Shown one piece after another: positions 30,192 to 38,245 of a stretch of DNA of 64,000 nt (position 1 is its first letter; each line of letters starts with the position of its first letter). Position numbers and translations under genes: made by a program. The notes below the pieces were generated by a model that did not search any database, was not told where the DNA came from, and worked only from the letters and a program-made list of their open reading frames with translations. Origin of the DNA: an uncultured Gemmatimonadales bacterium (lineage in GTDB: Bacteria > Gemmatimonadota > Gemmatimonadetes > Longimicrobiales > Gaopeijiaceae); NCBI GenBank assembly GCA_963823035.1, contig CAWGKG010000022.1:48651-112650 (forward strand), given 5' to 3'.

Positions 30192-31391
30192 GTGGGAGGA
30201 GGATCGGGAGTCCCAACTTGGGAAGGGACGCCTTCTCCTCCGCCCAGCAAGGAGGCTTCGCTGGCAGCGCTCGTCTACCGGGGTCTCACGATCCTCCTCG
30301 CCGCCCTGGCCGTCATCGGCCAGGTCGCCCTCCTCGACGCTCTGTACAGGGACGGCGTCGGGCTCGGCACGATCAGCCTGGGCGCCGTGCGTCCGGCGCT
30401 GCTGTCGGCGGTCGTCACCGGCGCGGTGGTCTCCCTCGTCTCGGCGGCGCTGGCCGTGGCGATGGCCGTCCGCCGACCGGCGCGGCCGGGAGCGCGACCG
30501 ATGGGGCTGGCGCTGGGCGTGTGGGCCTATCTCCTGGCCTACTCGGGGATCGTGGTCCTCCTGGCGCCCGGCGCGACCTCGGCCCTGCGCAGGCCTTTCG
30601 ACATCCACTTCCTCGTGGTGGAGGCCCTCGGCCTCGCCGCCCTGATCCGTTTCACGGCCATCTTCCCCCGACCGCTCCGTCCGGAGCACCTGCAGGATCC
30701 CGCCACCCTCCCGGCCGTGGTGGCGTCGGCGCAGCGCGTGAGGATCTGGCTTCTCCGTCCCGCGGCCCCCTGGGTCTGCGCCCTCCTGGCCGTGGTCGTC
30801 GCGGTCGCCACGAACACCGCGCTGGGACGTCCGATCGAGGACACGGCGCTCCTCCCGCTGACCGACGTGCTGCGCCTGCTCGCCCTCGGGGTGGTGGTGT
30901 TCAACCTGCGACGGTCGTACCTCTCCTGCCCTCCGACCGAGCGCGCGCCCATGACCTGGGTGGTCCTCGGCTTCGGGCTGCTCGTCGGCACGGTCGGCCT
31001 GGTGCTGGGAGGGAACGTCCTCTCCGCCGCGACCGGGTGGGAGCTGCCGGCGGTCAACTGGCGTCCGATCGTCCTCCACCTCGGTGTGGTCGGACTGCTG
31101 TGGGGAAGCGCGATGGGCGTCTTCTACGTGGGCGCGGCCGACCCCGGTCCTCTCGTGCGACGCGTCGCCGTGCTTTCCGGCATGGCCACCTTCGCGCTCT
31201 TCCTCGCGGCCGGGCTCGAGATCCTGCTCTCCGGCGGCGTTGCCGCACGCTTCGCCATGCCGAGCGGCACGGGTACGTTGCTCGCGCTGGTGGTCACCGC
31301 GCTCGTGTATGGCCGGACCCGGCGACCGCTGGAGGACTTCCTCTCGCAGCCGTGGATCGAAGCCCGCCCCGCGCTGCACGCGGAGCCCTGA
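30192..31391 (+). CDS. polytopic integral membrane protein (about 10 TM), function unknown
   Basis: 399-aa ORF with repeated hydrophobic helices (LTILLAALAVIGQVALL, VVSLVSAALAVAMAV, WVVLGFGLLVGTVGLVLGG, ...). It ends 73 nt before the ECF sigma gene. The GTG start at 30192 is uncertain. Confidence 0.55.
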   Translation: MGGGSGVPTWEGTPSPPPSKEASLAALVYRGLTILLAALAVIGQVALLDALYRDGVGLGTISLGAVRPALLSAVVTGAVVSLVSAALAVAMAVRRPARPGARPMGLALGVWAYLLAYSGIVVLLAPGATSALRRPFDIHFLVVEALGLAALIRFTAIFPRPLRPEHLQDPATLPAVVASAQRVRIWLLRPAAPWVCALLAVVVAVATNTALGRPIEDTALLPLTDVLRLLALGVVVFNLRRSYLSCPPTERAPMTWVVLGFGLLVGTVGLVLGGNVLSAATGWELPAVNWRPIVLHLGVVGLLWGSAMGVFYVGAADPGPLVRRVAVLSGMATFALFLAAGLEILLSGGVAARFAMPSGTGTLLALVVTALVYGRTRRPLEDFLSQPWIEARPALHAEP

Positions 31392-31464
31392 GGGGCCCCC
31401 ACCCCGGGCGAGCCGATCACCGGCCGTCACAATCCCACCGCACCGGTCGTTTCCCTCCCAGATC

Positions 31465-31956
31465 ATGGACTTCGACGCCACGTTCGACGCGATGTATCCG
31501 CCGCTGGTGCGATACTGCCATCGCCTGACGGGAGATCGGGATGCTGCGGAGGACGCGGCACAGGAGGCGCTCGTGCGCCTGTACACCCGCGACGTGGAGG
31601 GACCGGAGCCCGCGATACGGGTGTGGCTGTTCAAGACGGCGACCCACCTGATCCGCGACCGCTTCCGCGTGGACGAGAACCGGCGACGGCTTCTCCAGGA
31701 GAACCCGGTGACGCCCGGAGGCTTCGAGGGCCCCGAGCGGTCGCTGGAGCGGAGCCTGGAGCGGGAACGGGCCCGCAAGGCGCTCGCGGAGCTCGGGGAT
31801 CGCGACCGGGAGATGCTGCTCATGCGGTACGAGGGATTCAGCTACAAGGAGATCGCCGACGTGATCGACGTCGCCGCGACGTCCGTAGGGACGTTGCTCG
31901 CCCGTGCCGAGCGCCGCTTCTTCGAAGCGGTGGGCGGTACGGAGGAGCCCGCATGA
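31465..31956 (+). CDS. ECF-type RNA polymerase sigma-70 family factor
   Basis: Region 2 (YPPLVRYCHRLTGDRDAAEDAAQEALVRLY, WLFKTATHLIRDRFR) and region 4 (LLMRYEGFSYKEIADVIDVAATSVGTLLARAE). ATG 31465. Confidence 0.9.
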   Translation: MDFDATFDAMYPPLVRYCHRLTGDRDAAEDAAQEALVRLYTRDVEGPEPAIRVWLFKTATHLIRDRFRVDENRRRLLQENPVTPGGFEGPERSLERSLERERARKALAELGDRDREMLLMRYEGFSYKEIADVIDVAATSVGTLLARAERRFFEAVGGTEEPA

Positions 31957-32742
31957 GCGGGCATCTCGACGAGGGACGGCTGCTGGCGCTGCGCGACGAC
32001 GCGGAGGCCGCGGACGCGGAGGCGCGCGGCCACCTGGCCTCGTGCGCCACGTGCGCCGGGGCGCTCGCGACACTGCGCGATCGGGCGTCGGTCGTTGCCG
32101 CCGCTCTGGACACCCTCGACGCCGGGTGGGACGTCGAGGGGGCGCGCGCCCGTGTCCGGGAACGGGTCGCCGAGTCGACCGCTGCCCGGGCGGGCACCGC
32201 GAGCGTCCTGGGCCGACGCTCCCGTGCCGCGATGTGGACGGTGTCGCGTGCGGCCGGGATCCTCCTGGTGACGGCCGCCGCCGCGTCGGCTCTCCCCGGC
32301 TCCCCGGTCCGGCAGTGGCTGAGCGACCGCCTCGGTGGGGGCGAGGTCGCCACGACCGCCCCGGCCGCCGTCGACGAGCGCGCCGATCGCGGCCGCCGCC
32401 GCGTCGGAGGCCACGGGGGTGCGCCTGTCGGTGCCCTCGGGACCGCTCCGGGTCGTGCTGCGCGACGTGCTCGCCGGCAGCGAGGTGCGTGTGGTGCTCG
32501 TGCCCGGCACGGAGGCAGCCGTGTTCGCACCGGCGGGCAGCCGCTTCACCTCCGCCTCCGGACGGGTGGAGGCACGGGTGACGCCCGGGGAGGTGCGCGT
32601 CGAGCTCCCGACGGGGGTCGATCCGGTATCCCTGGAGGTGGGCGGACGTATCTACCTGCGGAGCACGGACGCCGGTCTCGACGTATCAGGACCGGTGACG
32701 TCCCGCACCGACGACGAGATCATCTTCCGCATTCCCGGCTGA
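31953..32742 (+). pseudogene. anti-sigma factor (zf-HC2 type, single TM), one frame break as assembled
   Basis: ATG 31953 overlaps the sigma stop (ATGA). HLASCATCAGAL zinc-finger motif. TM helix AAGILLVTAAAASAL. After a shift within 32335-32400 the extracytoplasmic domain reads in ORF 32335..32742 (...SEATGVRLSVPSGPLRVVLRD...IIFRIPG*). Confidence 0.7.
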
Positions 32743-32753
32743 GCTGGCTCCTC

Positions 32754-35018
32754 GTGCACGCCCGTAGCCTCCCGTTCCTGATCGGCCTCCTGTTCGCGGC
32801 GGCCCATCCGCTCGCCGCGCAGACGGCGGGCTCCGTCTCCGGAACCGTGCTCGGGCGCTTCGAGCAGGACGTGCGCCCCCTCCCCTTCGCGCTGGTCGAG
32901 GCGTGGGCGGGCACGTACCGGCGGTCGGTCGTGGCGGACAGCCTGGGCCGCTACCAGCTCGCTTCGGTGCCGCCCGGCACGCTGCACGTGCGCGTGACGC
33001 ACGCCGGGCACGATCCGGTCGTGCTCGACGTCGTCGTGCCGTCGGACGGGCCGGTGCTGGTGGACCTGGAGCTCAGCGCGCACCCCGTGCAGCTCCCGCC
33101 CGTGGACGTCACCGCGGGCGTGCACGTTCCCGACCCGGACGATCGCGGGGCGAGCGCGGCGGGCGCCACCACGCGCGTCGACGCGGCCGCCATCGAGATC
33201 GGCTCCGGCGTGGCGGACGCGGGGCTCATCGACGCGGTGCGCGCCCTCGGGGGGAACGATCCAGGCCAGGCGTCGGACGTGCTCTTCATGCGGGGCTCCA
33301 CCACGGACCTGAAGCTCGTCCTCCTCGACGGAGCCCCGGTCTACACGCCCTTCCATGTGGCGGGGCTGCTGCGGAGCTTCGAGCCCTCCGTGCTCGGCAG
33401 CGCCGACCTGCACGTGGGGGGTGCGCCGGCGCGCTACGACGGGGGCCTGACGTACATCCTCGACCTGAAGACGCGCAGTCCGCGCCGGGATCGCGTGCAC
33501 GCGTCCGGGTCCCTCGACCTTCTCTCGGGCACGGTGGCGTTGGACGGACCGCTGGGGGAGCACGCCGGGGTGGTGGCGTCCGCGCGCATGCTGCACAACC
33601 TGGCGCGGGCCCCGCTCGGTGCCTCTCCGTACGGCTACCACGACGGGCTCGTGGGGCTGGAGGCCGAGCCGGCGCCCGGCCAGATCGTCCACGCCACGGG
33701 CTTCTGGAACCGTGAGTCGGTGGTGCTCGACATCCCCGAGACCGCGCAGCTCCTCACGGGCGCGGTGCCCGACGAGGCCTGGTGGTCCAACCGCTCGGCC
33801 TCCGCCGGGTGGCGCGGCCACGTCGGCGGGCTCCTGACCGAGGCGATCGTGGCGGCCAGCGGCTACGACGCACGGCTCCCCTTCCGCCCGGCGTCCACCG
33901 GCGGGGATCCGGACCCGAAGGCGCTGCTCGCGCACGCCAGCACGACGCGTTTCCGCGGCGGCGTGGAGGCCGCGCGCCCGCTGGAGTCGGGGATGGTCAG
34001 GATGGGCCTCTCCTGGGAGAGCGCGGATGCGACGTACACGGCCGCGCCCCTCGAGCAGGGCGCCAACCCTTCGGCGGCGCTCAACAGCTCGTCGAGCGTC
34101 GGGGGCTACGTCGACGTGACGCGCGGGCTGGCCCCGGACGTCACGCTGCGGGCCGGCGTGCGCGCGGACCGCTTCTCCGGGGATGCCTCACCCCGCGTCG
34201 CGCCCCGCGTGGCGCTCACCTGGGAGGTGACCCCCGAGGCCACCCTCACGATGGCCACGGGCCGCTACCACCAGAGCACGCGCGCCAGCGACCTGACGGT
34301 GGCGGCCTCGCTGGCGTCGACGGCGGCCGGCGCTCCCCAGACCACCGACCTCCTCCCCGTGGCCACGGCCGACCACGTCGTCGTCTCCTTCGACCAGGTC
34401 ATGGGCGAGCGGGTGCGCCTGGGCATCTCGGGGTTCTGGAAGAGCTATCATGGGCTCATGCCGACCCAGGCCGAGCCGATCCGCAGCTCCGGCGTCGACC
34501 TGCGCGTGCAGCGGCGGGGCGAGCACGCGACCGCCTGGCTCGGCTACGGGCTCACCTGGTACTGGTCCGACGCCGACCTCTCGGGCTCGTCCACCGACTT
34601 CGCCGGACGCCAACTCCTGACGGCGGGGCTCACCGGGCCGCTCGGCTCCCTCTTCGGCGCCGACGTGCGCGTCGCGTACGGGGCCGGCCTGCCCTACACG
34701 AGCGTGCCGCTGCGGGCCCAGTCGCCCGACGCCCTGCCGGACCAGCTCTCCGACACCGGAGACGTGATCGAGCAGACGCCTCCGCTCCCCGGGGGACCCC
34801 ACGAGGACTTCCTCCGCCTGGACGTGGAGCTCTACGCGACCTTCACCCCCGAGTGGGGCGGCCACGGCTGGGAGATCCGCCCGTACGTGCGCGTGCTGAA
34901 CGCGCTGGACAGGCGGGACGCCCTCTTCTACGCCTTCCAGCCATGGCGGAGCGACGCGCTCACGCCGCTGGCGCAGCGACCGCTCGTGCCGGTGTTCGGG
35001 ATGGCCTGGAAGTTCTGA
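32754..35018 (+). CDS. TonB-dependent receptor-like outer-membrane protein with an N-terminal CarboxypepD_reg domain
   Basis: GTG 32754. Signal peptide HARSLPFLIGLLFAAAHPLAAQ. CarboxypepD_reg block SVSGTVLG...GRYQLASVPPGTLHVRVTHAGH. Plug-like block DVLFMRGSTTDLKLVLLDGAPVY. Long barrel region ending in a terminal aromatic (...FGMAWKF). Intact 754 aa. Confidence 0.75.
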   Translation: MHARSLPFLIGLLFAAAHPLAAQTAGSVSGTVLGRFEQDVRPLPFALVEAWAGTYRRSVVADSLGRYQLASVPPGTLHVRVTHAGHDPVVLDVVVPSDGPVLVDLELSAHPVQLPPVDVTAGVHVPDPDDRGASAAGATTRVDAAAIEIGSGVADAGLIDAVRALGGNDPGQASDVLFMRGSTTDLKLVLLDGAPVYTPFHVAGLLRSFEPSVLGSADLHVGGAPARYDGGLTYILDLKTRSPRRDRVHASGSLDLLSGTVALDGPLGEHAGVVASARMLHNLARAPLGASPYGYHDGLVGLEAEPAPGQIVHATGFWNRESVVLDIPETAQLLTGAVPDEAWWSNRSASAGWRGHVGGLLTEAIVAASGYDARLPFRPASTGGDPDPKALLAHASTTRFRGGVEAARPLESGMVRMGLSWESADATYTAAPLEQGANPSAALNSSSSVGGYVDVTRGLAPDVTLRAGVRADRFSGDASPRVAPRVALTWEVTPEATLTMATGRYHQSTRASDLTVAASLASTAAGAPQTTDLLPVATADHVVVSFDQVMGERVRLGISGFWKSYHGLMPTQAEPIRSSGVDLRVQRRGEHATAWLGYGLTWYWSDADLSGSSTDFAGRQLLTAGLTGPLGSLFGADVRVAYGAGLPYTSVPLRAQSPDALPDQLSDTGDVIEQTPPLPGGPHEDFLRLDVELYATFTPEWGGHGWEIRPYVRVLNALDRRDALFYAFQPWRSDALTPLAQRPLVPVFGMAWKF

Positions 35019-35112
35019 GGACCGCAGGGAGCCGCGTCACGGCCCCTCCCCGCCACTCGTTCTCCTCACAGGGCTCGAAGGCCGTCGAGTCCGGCACTTC
35101 CGGGAGGAGAAG

Positions 35113-36594
35113 ATGGACCGTCCGCGCGTTCGCATCCCCGCCCTCGTCACCCTCTTCCTCGCCGCCACGCTCACCCCACTCGGCGCGCAGCTCATCCAGC
35201 TCAAGACGCTGCCCCTCGCCACGGGGGAGCAGTTCCTCCTCTTCCCCTCGAGGACGCTGGCGATGGGCGGCCTCACCCTGGCCGTCGACGACCCGCTCGG
35301 GGACCCCTGGGCCAACCCCGCCCAAGGCGTCCGGATCGAACAGCCGCTCCTGATCGGCTCACCCACCTTCTACTCCATCGGGTCGGACGGCGGCGCGGGG
35401 CGCTCCTTCCCCGTCGCCGCGCTCTTCCGCGGCGGCCGCTGGTTCGGGGGCGTCGGCTTCGCGCTGCAGCAGGTGGTCAACGAGACGAGGGGCGAGGACT
35501 GGCTGCGGCTTCCCCCGGACGCGCTCTGGCTCGGCGCGCCGACCCGCCTGAGCGACGCCTCCGCCCGCAACGTCTACGCGCAGGGCTTCGTGGGCAGCCG
35601 ACTGGGTGACGGGCCCTGGGCGCTCGGTCTCGGCTTCTCAGCCGCGGGACTCGACGCCGTGGACGGCGTCGACCTCCTCTACGCGAACGCGGAGAGCATC
35701 GACCAGCACGGAACGATGAGCGACGTCCGCCTCGGACTCTACCGCGATGGGCCCCGCGACCGGCTCGCGCTCCTCCTCGTGCACGACCGCGTGTCGATGA
35801 CGCACGACGTCACCTACCTCGACTTCCAGTGGGATACGGTGAGCTACATGCCGACCGTGACCCGCCGCGTCGACGAGAACCTCGACCAGACGCGGACGTG
35901 GGGCGTGCAGGCCGCGTACGACCGGGACCTCGACGCTCCGGGGTGGCGCGTGGGGGGCTCGGCCACCGTCAATCGGAAGACGCATCCGAAGATCCCGAAC
36001 TACGAGATCCAGAACATCCCGCGCGACCCCGGCACGACGTGGGCGTACGAGCTCGGTGTGGGGCTCTCCCGTACGCGCGGCCCGACCGAGTTCGGCATCG
36101 ACCTCCTCTTCCAGCCCATCTGGAGCGACACCTGGCAGGAGGCTGCGGCGAACGTGCCCACCGTCGGGGGCGGCGTCATCCCCAAGGGCGGACGCACGAT
36201 CGAGAACGACTTCTTCTTCACGAACGTGGTGCTCCGCGCCGGCCTCTCGCACGACCTGGGACGCGCGAGCGTGCAGGGCGGGCTCGAGCTGCGCTCGTAC
36301 GACTACACCCTCGACCAGCGGGACCACGTGGCCGGCACCTTCCGCGACCAGGACGAGGCGTGGATGGAGTGGAGCCCCTCCGCGGGCGCCACCTTCCGCT
36401 TCTCGGACGTGGTGGTACGCTATGCCGGCCGGATCACGACCGGCACCGGCCAGCCCGGCGTCGAGCTCACGCCGGTGGCGATGGCCGACCAGGCCGCGCT
36501 CGCCGACTTCATCGTCGCACCGCGCGGTCCGCTGACGCTGCAGGAAGCGAGGGTCATGACGCATCAGCTCTCGGTGAGCATCCCGATCCGCTGA
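35113..36594 (+). CDS. secreted / outer-membrane-associated protein, function unknown
   Basis: GGAGGAG Shine-Dalgarno-like sequence before ATG 35113. Signal peptide MDRPRVRIPALVTLFLAATLTPLGAQ. Intact 493-aa protein rich in beta-strand-like alternating segments. Confidence 0.65.
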   Translation: MDRPRVRIPALVTLFLAATLTPLGAQLIQLKTLPLATGEQFLLFPSRTLAMGGLTLAVDDPLGDPWANPAQGVRIEQPLLIGSPTFYSIGSDGGAGRSFPVAALFRGGRWFGGVGFALQQVVNETRGEDWLRLPPDALWLGAPTRLSDASARNVYAQGFVGSRLGDGPWALGLGFSAAGLDAVDGVDLLYANAESIDQHGTMSDVRLGLYRDGPRDRLALLLVHDRVSMTHDVTYLDFQWDTVSYMPTVTRRVDENLDQTRTWGVQAAYDRDLDAPGWRVGGSATVNRKTHPKIPNYEIQNIPRDPGTTWAYELGVGLSRTRGPTEFGIDLLFQPIWSDTWQEAAANVPTVGGGVIPKGGRTIENDFFFTNVVLRAGLSHDLGRASVQGGLELRSYDYTLDQRDHVAGTFRDQDEAWMEWSPSAGATFRFSDVVVRYAGRITTGTGQPGVELTPVAMADQAALADFIVAPRGPLTLQEARVMTHQLSVSIPIR

Positions 36595-36602
36595 CACCGC
36601 GC

Positions 36603-37046
36603 TCAGCCGTCGTCCGACCCGGGCCGCCCCCCCGGCAGGAGGACCGCCTCGAGGATCTCGACGGCACGGGCGAGCGTGCGTCGGTCCGGCTCGGGGAGGC
36701 GGTCCAGCTCGCTCGCGAGCCGCGAGACGCGTCGCTCGCGGCCCTCCTGGAGAAGACGGCGTCCGCGCGTCGTGGCCTGGGCGAGACGCACCCGTCCGTC
36801 GCGCGGGTCCGTGGAGACGCCTACGAGCCCCTCCGCCTCCAGCCCCCGCACGAGGCGCGAGACCGTCGGAGGCCGCACCTGCTCCGCCGCGGCGAGGTCC
36901 CCCAGCGTGATCGGCCCGCCGAACACGATCACCGAGAGCGCGGAGAGGCGGGGCGCCGTGAGGCCGCTGGCCGTGTCTTCCGTCCGCAGCCGCCGCAGGA
37001 GATGGATCGCGGCGCTGTGCAGCCGGTCGGCGATGTCGACGGTCAT
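36603..37046 (-). CDS. MarR-family transcriptional regulator
   Basis: Winged-helix block LTAPRLSALSVIVFGGPITLGDLAAAEQVRPPTVSRLVRGLEAEGLV..DPRDGRVRLAQATTRG. Intact 147 aa. Confidence 0.9.
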   Translation of the reverse strand: MTVDIADRLHSAAIHLLRRLRTEDTASGLTAPRLSALSVIVFGGPITLGDLAAAEQVRPPTVSRLVRGLEAEGLVGVSTDPRDGRVRLAQATTRGRRLLQEGRERRVSRLASELDRLPEPDRRTLARAVEILEAVLLPGGRPGSDDG

Positions 37047-37066
37047 TGCGCGGGCCCCTCCAGATA

Positions 37067-37085
37067 TTTAGTTATGCTAAGTAAA
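37067..37085. promoter_or_regulatory. AT-rich imperfect palindrome, candidate MarR operator in a divergent promoter region
   Basis: TTTAGTTA-TGC-TAAGTAAA (half-sites match 7/8 as an inverted repeat). It sits in the only AT-rich stretch between MarR (start 37046) and the VOC gene (start 37149). Confidence 0.35.
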
Positions 37086-37148
37086 TTCTATGCCGACGCC
37101 CCGGGGACCACAACCTTCCGGGGCCCGACCCTCCACAGGAGCGTGCCC

Positions 37149-37542
37149 ATGTCCACCCCCTTCGGCCTCTCCACCCTGGGGCAGATCTCGTTGAACGTGA
37201 AGGAGCCGGAGCGCGCCGTGGCGTTCTGGCGGGACAAGCTCGGTGCGCGCTTCCTCTTCCAGGCCCCGCCGAACCTCGCCTTCTTCGACCTGGGCGGCGT
37301 GCGCCTCATGCTGTCGCCCCCCGAGCGGCCGGGAGACGACCGCCCGGGCTCCGTGCTGTACTTCAAGGTGGACGACATCGGGGCGCGCGCACGCGGAGCT
37401 CGTAGGCCGCGGCGTGACCTTCGAGGACGAGCCGCACCGCATCGCCGACATGGGATCCTACGAGCTGTGGATGACCTTCTTCCGCGACTCGGAGGGCAAC
37501 CTGCTCTCCCTCATGGCCGAGGTCGCCAAGGCCGCATCTTGA
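37149..37542 (+). pseudogene. VOC / glyoxalase-family protein, one frame break as assembled
   Basis: MSTPFGLSTLGQISLNVKEPERAVAFWRDKLGARFLF...VLYFKVDDIGA, then a shift near 37383-37390 into HAELVGRGVTFEDEPHRIADMGSYELWMTFFRDSEGNLLSLMAEV (ORF 37243..37542). Confidence 0.8.
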
Positions 37543-37603
37543 CCACGGGGCCTGGAGGGCTCTATTCATCTCCCCCGAAACGGGCAACGACCATCCAGGA
37601 GCC

Positions 37604-38038
37604 ATGATGTCTGAGAACGGTGGCAACCGGATCCGCGTGATCCTCCGGTGGATCCAGATCAAGGACAACAAGGAAGCGGCGTGGGACGACGAGGGCGAGT
37701 TCCGCTTCCGTTCCAAGGTCACCACCGCCGGCCAGAGCCACGAGATCAAGTTCCCCGAACAGGGGTTCTGGTCGATCTCCGACCACCCGCGCCGCAACAA
37801 GGTCGACAAGATCGACAAGGTGCTCTACGAGGGTGAGGCGGGTGACTCGCTCGTGGTGGAGCTCTTCGGCGAGGAGCTCGACCAGCTCACGGCCAACGAC
37901 CATCTCGAGGACTACCGGCGCGAGTACACCGGCCCGGTCGCCTCCTGGATCGGCCGCCATCAGCCGACCGACGAGGGCACGGGCGATCCCGAGAACCTCA
38001 CGGACTGGCGCGTCTGCTACGACATCGAGACGGCCTGA
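37604..38038 (+). CDS. hypothetical soluble protein (143-144 aa), no family recognised
   Basis: AGGAG at 37597-37601 ahead of tandem ATGs (37604, 37607). Balanced, protein-like composition (RIRVILRWIQIKDNKEAAWDDEGEFRFRSKV...). Host-like GC3. Followed by a strong hairpin. Confidence 0.7.
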   Translation: MMSENGGNRIRVILRWIQIKDNKEAAWDDEGEFRFRSKVTTAGQSHEIKFPEQGFWSISDHPRRNKVDKIDKVLYEGEAGDSLVVELFGEELDQLTANDHLEDYRREYTGPVASWIGRHQPTDEGTGDPENLTDWRVCYDIETA

Positions 38039-38068
38039 CGACGAGCGGCGTCCGCGCCGCGCGACTTC

Positions 38069-38101
38069 GAGGCCCCGTCCGGCGAGTCCGGGCGGGGCCT
38101 C
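38069..38101 (+). terminator. strong stem-loop downstream of the 144-aa gene (no U-tract)
   Basis: GAGGCCCCGTCCGG-cgagt-CCGGGCGGGGCCTC. 14-bp stem (one G-U pair), 5-nt loop, 31 nt after the stop. Confidence 0.4.
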
Positions 38102-38245
38102 TCGCGTAGCGGTCCTCCCCCGCTGGCCGCGGCCAGCGCCTCCCCCTAGCTTGCGCCCGCGTTCGTTCCCCACCCCTCCGGAGGGCGTCCCCTGACCCAC
38201 TTCACCGCGCTGGACTGGTTCTGGACGCTGGCGTTCCTCCTCCTC

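Noticed and set aside
27179-31528. A 1449-aa plus-strand ORF.
   Set aside because: It runs antisense through the M24 and M14 genes and then out of frame through the 10-TM gene. It has no protein-like segments.
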